This document shows positions 12,692 through 24,864 of a stretch of 63,264 nucleotides of DNA, in pieces. The stretch is taken from NCBI RefSeq assembly GCF_001194135.2, contig NC_068985.1, positions 99,163,434 to 99,226,697 of the forward strand, written 5' to 3'. The DNA is from Octopus bimaculoides. Taxonomy: Eukaryota. The notes beneath the pieces were generated by a model. The model did not search any database. It had not been told where the DNA came from and saw only the letters and a program-made list of their open reading frames with translations. Both the position numbers and the translations under genes were made by a program. The stretch's first letter is position 1. Each line of letters opens with the position of its first letter.

Positions 12692-12929
12692 TTCTTATTT
12701 CTTTATTGCCCACAAGGGGCTAAACAAAGAGGGGACAAACAAGGATAGACAAAGGGATTAAGTCGATTACATCGACCCCAGTGCGTAACTGGTCCTTAAT
12801 TTATCGACTCCGAAAGGATGAAAGGCAAAGTGGACCTCGGCGGAATTTGAACTCAGAACGTGACGGCAGATGAAATACCTCTAACCATTTCGGCCGGCGT
12901 GCTAACGTTTCTGCTAGCTCACCGCCTTC
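12692..12929 (-). mobile_element. SINE family A, long-tail variant, full length, in tandem with the previous copy
   Basis: Full head to ...GCCCCTTGTGGGCAATAAAGAAATAAGAA tail. Confidence 0.9.
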
Positions 12930-12949
12930 GATGACGCTAATAATGGTGA

Positions 12950-12967
12950 TAATAAAGATGCTGATGG

Positions 12968-13036
<69 letters not shown>

Positions 13037-13111
13037 CGATGATGATGATGATGATGACGACGACGATGGTGATGATGATGATGATGATGTTGATGATGAT
13101 GATGATGATGT

Positions 13112-13145
<34 letters not shown>

Positions 13146-13231
13146 GAGTGTTATTCCAACGAGGCAGAGGTGGAGGTGGAGCTGAAGGAAGAGGAAGGAG
13201 AGATTATGAATGTCTGCGTTGTGTGCTGAGA

Positions 13232-13269
<38 letters not shown>

Positions 13270-13448
13270 AAGAACTTGACCTGTGAAAGAGGATACGAGG
13301 ATACACGCAAACACACTCACACACATACACACACACGCACACGGACTCACACACAGAGACACACAGATACACAGACACGGAAGATCATATTCATGAGAAC
13401 AATGGTGTTCCTCACTTTGATGATGATGATCAAAATGATTACGGTGAA

Positions 13449-13513
<65 letters not shown>

Positions 13514-13726
13514 CGATGATGATGATAATGATGATGATGATGATGGTAACGACCACAGGGATATTAAAGGCAAACTTGTCTGCGCTGAAATGCTAATGAT
13601 GGCTTGGATAGTCGATTAAGCGAGACAAAAATGATGACGACGACGACGACGACGATAATGGTAACAATAAAGAGGAGGAGAGGAGGGTGGTGGTGATGAG
13701 CCACGTATTGCTGACTTTGATGATGT

Positions 13727-13764
<38 letters not shown>

Positions 13765-14146
13765 ATAATCATGATGTTAATGTCTACGATGACGATTATG
13801 ATGATGCTGATGTGATGATGATGTTCATGATGATGATGATGTTTGCAATACGATGCAAAATAAGAAAAAAAAAAAGGAGAAACGAAAAGAAACTAGTGAA
13901 GGTAGGACTACGATAATATTGATCCCTATATAAGTAGAAGGGGACAGTTTTTGGGGTGTACTTGAGAGTTACTCTAATTTTTTCGATCACATGGAAAATA
14001 AAAGAAAGAATCGACGGAGGCACAATTTGAACTCAGAACCCGAATAGGCGTAACAGTTAAACCGCGAGCCATTGTGCTTGCTGTTCTACACAATATCAAA
14101 TATGAGTGGGATGAAGACGACGACGACGACGACGATGACGAGGAAA

Positions 14147-14220
<74 letters not shown>

Positions 14221-14222
14221 AA
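12950..14222 (+). repeat. Cluster of (GAT)n/(GAC)n trinucleotide arrays interleaved with (TA)n and (CA)n
   Basis: Arrays at ~12960-13145, 13445-13545, 13710-13850, 14105-14222; source of the poly-M and poly-I ORFs. Confidence 0.95.
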
Positions 14223-14285
14223 ATGGTGGTAATGGTTTATGTCAGACGTGTGTTACTATATGTATATGTATATATATATATATAA

Positions 14286-14324
<39 letters not shown>

Positions 14325-14336
14325 TACATATATATG

Positions 14337-14367
<31 letters not shown>

Positions 14368-14398
14368 ATGTATGTATATATATATGTATATATATATG

Positions 14399-14460
<62 letters not shown>

Positions 14461-15513
14461 TACGTTTGTATGTATCTGCATATTCGCTGATATTAGATCA
14501 TCTGAAGATAGAATGTTATGGGAAATAAATGTAGAAGCAGTCACTGGCGCCCAAGTGCCTGTTGTGCATTTTGTAGCCAAACACATCTTATTATTTTATT
14601 GTGTCTTCCAAACATGACTATAAAATAAAAACTAGCATAGCAAAATACGAAATGGAATCTATAATATCCTATAATTTTATATCTATGATATCCGCTAGAA
14701 AATGAAATTACACAGCGGATTAATATTGGAATTGAAGTGGCGAATGTATTGAGTCGGTAGACCACTGGAAATGATGCTTGGCGATACTTGTTCTTCCTCT
14801 GTGTTTTCCAATCGAGGTCAACTTTCTTTTTTATTCATTGAGAAATGAATCCACCAATCCGGAGATGATGTACGTATGTGTTGTTTGAGTTGTTAGAGAA
14901 TCCAATGAAGTTATGTGTTGTAGTTGTTTACCTGCTGATTTTAAAGATTTCCCAGGGATTCGGATCCCATAAATGACCATGTTGTCACACTTCATGCTCT
15001 GATGAAGATGAAGGTATGAAGCTAGATTGAGGCAGACCTCGGTTCTGTTATCTCTCTGCAGTCCTGACGTATCAGTACAGATGTCTTGTGAATACAACGG
15101 TTTTCAAGATCAGGTACTGTGATGAATCCCAGTTATACAGGTCTCTCGTCATGTCGACACAGTTCTGGTATTGAAGCAATGGTTCCCCAGACAATAAGCT
15201 ATGGTTTTTTTTCCAGACTATAAGGTTACGCAATGAAATAGCACCTCACCAATGTGTAATCACAGTTGTCCTGTGGCTACGTGGGTCTTCAAGACGAGGT
15301 GTTATGGGGATCGAACTTGCGCTTCTGAATTCTTACTATTCAAATTCACTAGTGAATTGATCCCAGGTTTTCAGTAGCCGTGGTAACATTCTCGACAATG
15401 AGGAAATATCAAGGTCGCCGTGTCACCATCTGTTTATATGTTGTACCATGTAGCTCCAGCATGGTCGAAGTCAAATGACTGGAACAAGTTAAAGAATAAA
15501 AAAATAAGAATAT

Positions 15514-15586
<73 letters not shown>

Positions 15587-15588
<2 letters not shown>

Positions 15589-16315
15589 GGGTCATAATGC
15601 GGTTTTTTATTACTTTTTTTCTTTTACTAAATTAAAATACACAAAGTTCTTTCTTAATCTCAAATATAACCTCCTTGATTTTCTACAATGCTCTTCTATC
15701 TGGAAGACTGGTAAGGCCCCTCTTCCAAAATTCACTTATCCGTGATGAAAATTGCTCTTCCATTACTGCTCTGACCTCGTGTACAGAATTCATATTTTTT
15801 CCATGCAAATGATTTTGAAAACTGCAGAATAAATGATAATCAAATGGGCAATGTCCGGCGAATATGGTGGGTGGGACATCGTTTCCCATTCAAACTGCTC
15901 CAGCCTTTGAAATGTCATCCTCGCTGTATGTGGCCGTGCATTATCCTGGTGGAAGAAGACCTTTCGTCTTGAAACCAAAGATGGTCGTTTTTTCCTCTAG
16001 CGTTGACTCAAGTCGCTCAAGCTGCTCGTAGTAGATCTCTTTTGTTATCGTTTCCTTTGGGTTTAAAAGTTCAAAGCGGACTTAACCTTTCATATTCCAC
16101 CAGACAGATAGAAACACCTTGGGTGAAAACCTTCTTTAGCATGGGGTGCCGGCGTTTCTCATATTCATAAAGACCCCATTTCTCGTCACCAGTCATTATT
16201 TGGTCCCAAAAAGTTTCATGAGGTGTAACAGCAAAGAAGAGCACACATTCACCCCTTGAGCGCGATTAGACTCTGAAAGTTTGTGAAGAAACCAGTGACC
16301 CAATTTGTCGATGAA
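15587..16315 (-). mobile_element. Mariner (DD34D) transposon remnant, 3' half with terminal repeat
   Basis: Minus-strand IMTGDEKW...FFHQDNARPHTARMTFQRLEQFEWETMSHPPYSPDIA(P)xDYHLF...FWKRGLTSLPDR. There are 34 residues between D2 and D3 after restoring one frameshift. The end TAGGGTCATAATGCGGTTTT lies next to a TA. Confidence 0.9.
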
Positions 16316-16403
16316 TGGTTGAATGACCAAATACAAGCTTCTTTGCTAGTTCCTCAACAATTACAATGAGATTTTGTTCCACCAGGGTTTGCAGGACTAT
16401 CTC

Positions 16404-16453
16404 GTCAAAGGCTAGGATTTAGTCAAAGGCTAGGATTTAGTCAAAGGATTTAG
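16404..16453 (+). repeat. 18-bp tandem duplication GTCAAAGGCTAGGATTTA x2 plus a deleted third unit
   Basis: Direct reading. Confidence 0.85.
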
Positions 16454-16528
16454 ACCCCAACCCACCCCTCATTTAAGCATGAAATTTGTTCAACATACCT
16501 GTACTCTATATACATACATACATACATA

Positions 16529-16800
16529 GGTTTGTACCTGTAATTATTGGGGCATTGAGATACGTAACACACTGCCTAAATAGCAAACTTGAGAAATTAG
16601 GCTTTTCAAAATCAGAAAGGAGAAAGCTGATTCGAAGACTACGGATCCAATCCATCACTGGCACTGCAAAAATCTGTACAACTTTCCAGAAATTTATCAT
16701 TTAAGTATATATGAGCATGTCTTGATATGTAACTATATGCATCAGAATACATACATAAAACATAAAAATCTGCACGTACATACATACATACATATAAAAA
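16529..16800 (+). mobile_element. 3' end of an RLE-type LINE with a (TACA)n tail
   Basis: FVPVIIGALRYV...IQSITGTAKICTTFQKFII* is analogous to the VGALG...GTA C-terminus of RLE LINEs; (TACA)n on both sides. Confidence 0.65.
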
Positions 16801-17810
16801 TACCCAGTTGATATTGTGGAAATTTCAATGAAGGAATCATGGATCTAAGATAGAAACCGGCTCTTTCTCTAACGGTAAGAAAGCTTAAAATAAAACTGAA
16901 TGATGATATACATACATACATACTTACATACATACATATATGTGTGTGTGTGTTTGTATTTGTGTGTGTATACTTGTTTCTGTAAGCTAAAGTTATTAAT
17001 CGTCTTAATATACTGAATAACATCTTTTGACTCGTTTTCTATATACTTTTGTATGTATATACATTGTAATAACTATTCTAAGTATGCTTTTATATGTATG
17101 AATGAGACCTGGTAGCAAAATAAAAGAAATGATTACAGTATTAATAGTAGTAGTAGTAGTTGTAGTGTTAGTAGTAACCCGTTTTTCATTATGCTATAAT
17201 AATAATAACATTAAGAACAATTATTGTACTATAATAAAAATAACAATAAGAATGTTAGCTATTCGACCATTTGTAGCGACAAAATGACTATGATTTCATT
17301 TTGCTATCCGACGTTGAAAATCGAAAAGTTGAAGAAGCCATAGATATAACTTGTTTACCGGAAATACTGTGTTAAAGGAGTATAAAAGACTTAATGCACA
17401 CCAGCTGAAAGAATAGTGTGATGGAAAAGGAAAAAAAAAATATGTATATAAATAAATAAAATTAACAAGACAAAAAGCAAACACACAAAACAAAGAACGA
17501 AAAGATGGCGTCGAAAATTGGAACATATACTAAGAGTGAGATTACAATAAGAGGATGAAAAATAGAAAAATTTAGTCTATACTAACTTCACTCAAAATAG
17601 CGCTTAATCGAAAGAATACTCATGATAGAGAAAGGGAAAAAACAAACAAACACACAGTGTAAAGTATAAATGATAAATTAATTCCACACAAACACAAAAG
17701 CACACACACACTAGCATATATATGCGCAGACACAATTACACAAGCATACATACATATGTACGTATGTTTATAGAGATATTTACAGACAAATACATCTATA
17801 AGTATATATA

Positions 17811-18041
17811 CAGGGTTGGCCCAAAGTCATCCGACAGTAGATCAAAATTCCATGAATACTATCTGTAATTCTGTATTGACTCGAATGGAAAAATGTGTCG
17901 CTCAAGAAGGAATTCAGTTTGCACAATTTTCGTGATGTTTCATATTTAGATGCTTTTATTAAATTCATTCAGTTGTTAAAGAAATAAATCTTGGAATTAA
18001 ATGGTTGTTATTTACTGTCAGATGACTTTTGGCCAAACATT
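17811..18041 (+). mobile_element. Tc1/mariner MITE (internal deletion derivative)
   Basis: 29-bp TIRs CAGGGTTGGCCCAAAGTCATCCGACAGTA / TACTGTCAGATGACTTTTGGCCAAACATT (5 mismatches), TA on both sides; internal RMEKCVAQEGIQF resembles a transposase C-terminus. Confidence 0.8.
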
Positions 18042-20311
18042 TATAGATATATATATATATATATCTCGTTCAGAGATTTAACATTGCTTATATATATATA
18101 ATACAAAAATGGGACAAGAACGCAAAACATCCAGACTGGTAATACAAAAAAGGAAAACAAAACATCCAGACAGACAATACAAAAAACAAAAAAAACAAAA
18201 ACAAGGACGAGTCATTCGTAGTTTTCTTTCCTCAGTCGAGTTCCAGATTATCTTTGCAATTTCGGCTGGTTATNNNNNNNNNNNNNNNNNNNNNNNNNNN
18301 NNNNNNNNNNNNNNNNNNNNNNNNNNNNNNNNNNNNNNNNNNNNNNNNNNNNNNNNNNNNNNNNNNNNNNNNNNNNNNNNNNNNNNNNNNNNNNNNNNNN
18401 NNNNNNNNNNNNNNNNNNNNNNNNNNNNNNNNNNNNNNNNNNNNNNNNNNNNNNNNNNNNNNNNNNNNNNNNNNNNNNNNNNNNNNNNNNNNNNNNNNNN
18501 NNNNNNNNNNNNNNNNNNNNNNNNNNNNNNNNNNNNNNNNNNNNNNNNNNNNNNNNNNNNNNNNNNNNNNNNNNNNNNNNNNNNNNNNNNNNNNNNNNNN
18601 NNNNNNNNNNNNNNNNNNNNNNNNNNNNNNNNNNNNNNNNNNNNNNNNNNNNNNNNNNNNNNNNNNNAAGAAGATTGCGTTTACAGCTGGTCAGTTCTTT
18701 CAATGACAAGTTTATTCTTGGCCTTTTAAAAAATGGCAAAACCAGGTGGCATTGTTTGGAAGAAAGTTGTTTTTCAAACATTTTTGGTATGATTGTCCAG
18801 TGGGAGAGAGTGTGTGGGTGTGTTTTTCTGTGAGAATGTGTGCGTGTGCACGTTTGTGTGCACGTGTGTGTGTGTGTGCCTGTGTATCTGAAAGGAGTGT
18901 CAATGGAAAAGATAAGGGAAGGAAGGAAGGAAGAGGAAGGAAGAGGAAGGAAGAGGAAGGAATTTTGTTTACGTCTATACAGCTGGTTAGTTCAAAAAAG
19001 GTAGGAGAGAAATATGAGAACATAGGTAACTGGGTTCAATTCTAGTTGACACAAAAATGTCCTACTATCTAAAAATGTTAAGATATATAAAGATGTCGGG
19101 TTACGCTGCCACTTTCTTGAATGGCCCCCGTATATTTGAAAATCAGAATAAGAATGAAACCGGTTGAGCAATTAAAAATAGACCAATAAACCAAACAAAT
19201 CATCTAAAAGTTTCCTAGTGGCATTTCAACATCATGTTTATATTTTTCTATATTTCTACACTTTTGTAATAAAATAACTTTCTTTTCTCTCTCTTTATTT
19301 TTATATTCCCCCCAAACAAACGCATAGACACACACACATATTTATATACCATGTCTTATACGCAACAGTTAATATTCATGTGTGCTAAAATATATTTGGT
19401 TATATGTTGTTTGTGAGCGAGAACGAGAGAGAAAGAGGGAAATTCAGAGAGGAGGGTGAAAGTTAGTACTGATATCTTCTGAGGAAGTGGGTTGGGGAGA
19501 TGCCAAATAAAGTGATATAATATATTTGTACACGTGCAAGGAATAATATTTTACTTGAGATTATGTCGATTATTGTCAAAAGTAAACGATATTTTTAGAT
19601 TCACCAGTTTTGACAAGCAATCTGAAGTTAATGGAAAATTCAGCCTTACGACAAACAGTTTTGGATTTATCTCACTTAAATTTTTATATATCAGGAACAA
19701 TTAATGTAGCAACGGTAGCGTGAGTTACAAGAATCTTTCTATAATTTCGTCTTCCCATTTATTTGATTTCTATTACTTTAATTCGTTTAGATTAAAACTT
19801 TCAAAATTCTTTGGGAAATGTTCCAGGTGCTGAATTATTCTTTTCGTTTTCAGATTGCATTGTCTGTATTTAAATATATTTAATAAAAATAAAGTAAAAT
19901 AACTAAAATATAAAAAAGAGAAAGAAGCACAACAAAACAAAACAAAAGCGAACTCATATTTTTTAATTATTTTATTCATTAAGTTTACATCTATAATTAT
20001 TTTCTATTTTTCTGCTGCTTTAACTTTTATCAATATATATATATACAAGATTATTTCATTGTGGGTTGAAACAAACTCTTTAATATTGTAAAAATGAAAC
20101 TGTTCCTACACTAGTGTAGTTAGTGTAGGCTCTGTGGCTTAACACAAGCTAGGTTTCGTCTTGTAGATCTATGATAAGACTGCCCAGCAATTACAGATAG
20201 TGTATCTAGGACCACCCTATATAATATATCTATTCCTGTTTTAAAAACTGTAGAGTCTTTTAATTTTTGTTTGGCTTATATTTTAAACAGGGAGTGAAGA
20301 TGTGTGTTCTT

Positions 20312-20555
20312 ATGGTTAGGGTGTTACACCCTTGATCGCAAGATTAGGTTCCGGTTCTTGAATCAGATGCTGCATTGTGTTATTCAGTAGAACACTTTCA
20401 CGTTGCTCTGCGATCACCTGGACATCTGACGTGTGTCGCACTGTGCACATGCACATGCAATGACGATTTGATAAGAGGAGTGAACTAATGCAGAGCACAA
20501 ACTAACAATCACTATAAGAAAATCATCAGCAAGAATATCTGGAACTTTCACCTGT
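20312..20555 (+). mobile_element. SINE family E, diverged
   Basis: TGGTTAGGGTGT head; CACGTTGCTCTGCGATCAC body. Confidence 0.6.
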
Positions 20556-21995
20556 CGTTTACGATTGAAGAGTCAAATGTTTTAAACAGATCAGGAAATC
20601 ACGTATTGTATATTTCCTTTGTACATGTGTCTTTCTCTTGCTTTTAAAGACAGTAAAATTTGAACAGAGTTGGCTTAGCTGCTAATTAGAGTGCAGCAAA
20701 TGGTCGCATAGTGGGTTACTTCTTAATGCTTTTGTCGTTGGCCATGACTCATCATCTAATCTGAATTTGCTTTCGGCAAAGTTTATGAGAAACACAAAAT
20801 TACATTTCGAGCTAGATACTTTATCTTTCTCATTCTCAATCAACAAGATTAATAGAATAAAAGATCAGAAGTCGGTGTCGGATGGTAAATTTCCAAACCG
20901 GCAATGGATATTGTAGCGCCATACGTTTCATGCGGTTAAATTAGACTAAAATTGCAGATTCAATGAAATGTTCAATAAAATATCTGTAAATGAAATAGGA
21001 GATAGAAAAATACAAAAGGAATGAAAAATATACGCCATATTGTACTGAAGACATATTTGGAAAATTTGTATTGGAACAACAGAAGGAGAAGAGTGATAAG
21101 GTGGCAGAAACGTTATAGGGGTGGATACAATTTAAGTACCTATGATATATCTAGTTTAATTTTCTTAGCTTCTGAGCCCTGACCTAGAGATGAATTTTCT
21201 TTTCTTGGCTTCGGGGACGATAAAATTTGGATCAGTAAGGCGCTCTGGTTGATAAAAATGACCGTTCCTTCTTCCGAAAATGCTTGTCTCATGTTATATA
21301 TCAAAATTTGTGTGCATTTAGGTTGTATGAGTAATTTGATGATAAGACAAAACTAATGAGATCATTGAAGGGGCCACTACACAAATGCACATACAACTGA
21401 ATATAGTAACCAACCAGAATTTCCTGAAATGACTCACTGCTGTCTCAGAAGTAGAAAAGAATCAAGGGACAAGACATTAATACACACTATTCTTATACAC
21501 ACCTGATGAATACGCCTGGATCGATTTTGATTATAGATTTGCTTGGTAAAGATTGACTTAGATTTTTAAAATGATTTTACTCAATATTAAAGTTCTGGAG
21601 TATTTACAACGAGAGAAAATCTAAGTCCTTTACATGTTATAATCATGAAGATTCAAAAGGAGAGGTGAAATGACAAGATTCTAGTACATTCTAGTAAAAT
21701 GAGTAAATTCTAGAACATTGGAATCGTGCCTAATATTTGTAATTCCTCGCATAGGTGTGAGTTTTTCAATGCTGAAAACTAGGAATGAGAATTTAAGACA
21801 ATCTTGCCTTTTTTTTGTGTAGGAATCATTTCAATACAGTTCTATATTTAAGATATGAGGAATTCTGTTCATTATTTACAATATTTACGATTGACGGATA
21901 TTTGTCCTCAACTTGTTTGTTTTTAACACAACGTTCCGGCTGATATACCCTCCAGCCTTCCTCATTTGAAGAGAATATGACTAGAAGAGAATTTG

Positions 21996-22320
21996 ACTAA
22001 GAACTGCATGTACTCCATCCCATGCATCTGTGGCAGGTTATACAAAGGCGAGACATGCCGCCCCTCAAAATAAGGGTAGAGGAACATCGCAAAGCTGTGA
22101 CACGGGGAGATATTGATAAATCGTGTATAGATGATCATGTATGAAAAAATGGTGACCACCTCTCCCTGTGGGATAAAGTGAAAATAATAGACAGAGAACA
22201 CCACTGGAAAATACAAAAACTAAAAGAAGCAGCACATATGCTAGGATACAGCAACCTCCTAAGCAGACCGAGTGTAGATATGAACAGCATATGGGAACCG
22301 GTATTAAGGAAGGATAGGAG
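21996..22320 (+). pseudogene. GIY-YIG endonuclease fragment of the Penelope-like element (1 frameshift, 1 stop)
   Basis: YSIPCICGRLYKGETCRP/LKIRVEEHRK...LKEAAHML...SIWEPVLRKDR read directly from the + strand; not in the ORF track because it is disrupted. Confidence 0.85.
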
Positions 22321-22366
22321 AATATTAGATTTATAAGCCCTAAAATTCACTCCATAATTGCACACA

Positions 22367-22438
22367 GCCATATGACGTAGTGGTGAAGAGCACAGGCTAC
22401 TAACCCCAAGGTTTCGAGTTCGATTCCAGGCAATGACC
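22367..22438 (+). promoter_or_regulatory. tRNA-like Pol III internal promoter (A box and B box) inside the PLE 3' region
   Basis: A box TGACGTAGTGG (22373-83); B box AGTTCGATTCC (22417-27); anticodon-like arm AGG-CTACTAA-CCC between them. Acceptor and T stems pair poorly, so this is not a functional tRNA. Confidence 0.65.
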
Positions 22439-22506
22439 TTAATGATAATAATAATAACATCGAAAAATACCTTAGGAATGAGAACCCAGGTTCGAAATTT
22501 CCCCAA

Positions 22507-22552
22507 GACACCTGATGAAGGCTGGAGGGTATATCAGCTGAAACGTTGTGTT
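22507..22552 (+). ncRNA. Minimal type I hammerhead ribozyme motif
   Basis: Stem I GACAC(22507-11)/GTGTT(22548-52); core CTGATGA(22512-18); extra A; stem II GGCTG(22520-24)/CAGCT(22535-39) with a 10-nt loop; GAAA(22540-43); palindromic ACGT stem III; predicted cleavage after T22547. Confidence 0.75.
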
Positions 22553-22775
22553 AACAACAAACAAGATGAGGTCAAATATACGTCAATTGTAAATAATGTA
22601 TATAATTTCAACATGTAAAAAGTGGAGCGAATGCTTAAGCTCCGAATCGAAACTCAAATCTAGATCTGACTTACATGGAATATATTTGGGTTCTGTTACG
22701 GTTATCAAATCATTCAATGATTCTAAAGCTATATATATTTAAACTCTCTCTCTCTTTCTCCCGATGTATATCTGT

Positions 22776-22810
<35 letters not shown>

Positions 22811-24055
22811 ATTACATTTTAGCAAGAATAGTGTTGACAGCAACTTCGAAGTCTCGGCCAGCGTCGCCTTCACCAGTCACTCCCATGAATTCAACACTAT
22901 TCATGTTAAAGAATAATAACTATATACGGTAGAAAAATATTGAGTAATTCTTCAGTATAATGTAAAATTGCTTTTATTTAAACTCACTACCAAGTCACGC
23001 TTTGAGCGTAGATATAGTTCTGGCTATTGAAAGGACAACTCTCCGTGGGTTAGACTCCAGTATGGTATCATATCCGCATCTATTCTCTGTTCCCAGCTAC
23101 TAAGAAAACTGTCACAGAATATTGTATATAAAATAAAGATATGCAGTCTAGAGAATATAAACTCTGATCTAGAAGAAAGGGAGCCCTTTAATTACTCAGT
23201 CAATCAGTTGCAGTAGACTGATATTAAAACTCATAAAATTGCAGATCAACACCGGGTATTCAATGAAATATTTGCGGGTACTTATTCATTCTTTGAATCT
23301 GTAATTGATCTTAGAGATTAAATCAATACCGTTTATCTACTTCTGTACGTCAAACTGTTATCCACGAAAGAACTAAACGTTGCTGGCTTTTTCTTTCTTG
23401 GAGGAAGGCAAAATTTATGAGAGAAAAGATAATTCATACAAATAAAATAACTTTCATATTATACGAAAATTACAAAAAAAANNNNNNNNNNTTACCCTCC
23501 CATCCTGGCCAGAGTAAAAAAAGAACTGAATTAAATACGAAATGAAAGGTAGGAAGAATAACAACATGAACAACAATAAGCGATTTAGAGTAAAATACCA
23601 CTTCGTTATTTTGATAGATACTCGTTTCATAACGTAAAAATAAAAGTGAAATAAAAGCCAAAACGAAATAAAAATAAATAAAATAAAAGGAAGATAAATG
23701 CAGATCGTAAAAGAAACGATCAGTTTTGGTCTCTATATAACTGGACCAGAACGAAATTTTGTCTGGCTAAAAGACCCAGTACTTTGCAGCCATCAAGCTA
23801 CGTCCGGAACGCTGCATAAATAAAGATGGAAATGTTGTCGCAAAGAATTATGGGATTTTATTTCCTTGTTTGCCAGAAAGACAAGTAAAAACTTCATAGT
23901 GCGTTCATTATTTCATACTGAAATGAATTATAGTTTTGGTCAAGATTTGCTTCCTTGCACACGGAAAGTTTCCATTTTAGATTTTGCAATACATCCTCCT
24001 CTTTGGATATTTTTCTTTCTTATTTTCTAGTTGCTGTTATTAATCTATCACGCAT

Positions 24056-24121
<66 letters not shown>

Positions 24122-24864
24122 NNNNNNNNNNNNNNNNNNNNNNNNNNNNNNNNNNNNNNNNNNNNNNNNNNNNNNNNNNNNNNNNNNNNNNNNNNNNNNN
24201 NNNNNNNNNNNNNNNNNNNNNNNNNNNNNNNNNNNNNNNNNNNNNNNNNNNNNNNNNNNNNNNNNNNNNNNNNNNNNNNNNNNNNNNNNNNNNNNNNNNN
24301 NNNNNNNNNNNNNNNNNNNNNNNNNNNNNNNNNNNNNNNNNNNNNNNNNNNNNNNNNNNNNNNNNNNNNNNNNNNNNNNNNNNNNNNNNNNNNNNNNNNN
24401 NNNNNNNNNNNNNNNNNNNNNNNNNNNNNNNNNNNNNNNNNNNNNNNNNNNNNNNNNNNNNNNNNNNNNNNNNNNNNNNNNNNNNATATATAATGTATTA
24501 TTTTGTCTCGCATAATTCCAGTGGGAAAAGCTAGTTATAATGAAATCTCAATCGATACTTATATAAATAAGCAGTATAATGATTTGTCCGGCATATATAA
24601 CATTAATGTTATATTCCAGAGTTGCAGCCATCTTCATCTAAAAGGGGCTGGCTTTCTAATTCCACACAACGAACGATGAGGAAATTAACAATTCTAATGT
24701 TGCAGCAGGAGATCAAAATTGCCAATTAAATGTAATTTTAATGTATAAAAACTCATGTTCTAGACATAATGATGTTTGATTAATTAATGTAGGTGAAGCT
24801 CATTATTAACTTATATTATCATTTAAAATGTATCTCATTTCTTATATATATTTTACTTGTTTAA

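Larger units (their letters stand above)
21836..22600 (+). mobile_element. Penelope-like retroelement (PLE) remnant: GIY-YIG endonuclease C-terminus plus 3' pseudo-LTR, preceded by an inverted partial copy of the pLTR
   Basis: Manual translation from ~21996 gives KNCMYSIPCICGRLYKGETCRP, then (after a frameshift) LKIRVEEHRKAVTRGDIDKSCIDDHV*KNGDHLSLWDKVKIIDREHHWKIQKLKEAAHML, matching the PLE GIY-YIG pattern (VYxIPC..YIGET.R.L..R..EH...W....I...E......EA..I). 21836-21964 is the reverse complement of 22513-22600 plus extra 3' sequence. Confidence 0.85.

Noticed and set aside
12801-14617. Poly-Met, poly-Ile and poly-Asp ORFs
   Set aside because: Translations of (GAT)n arrays and SINE sequence; no domain or splice support.
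22367-22438. Functional tRNA gene with an ACT anticodon
   Set aside because: Acceptor and T stems pair poorly and it sits inside a repeat; treated as a tRNA-derived promoter module.
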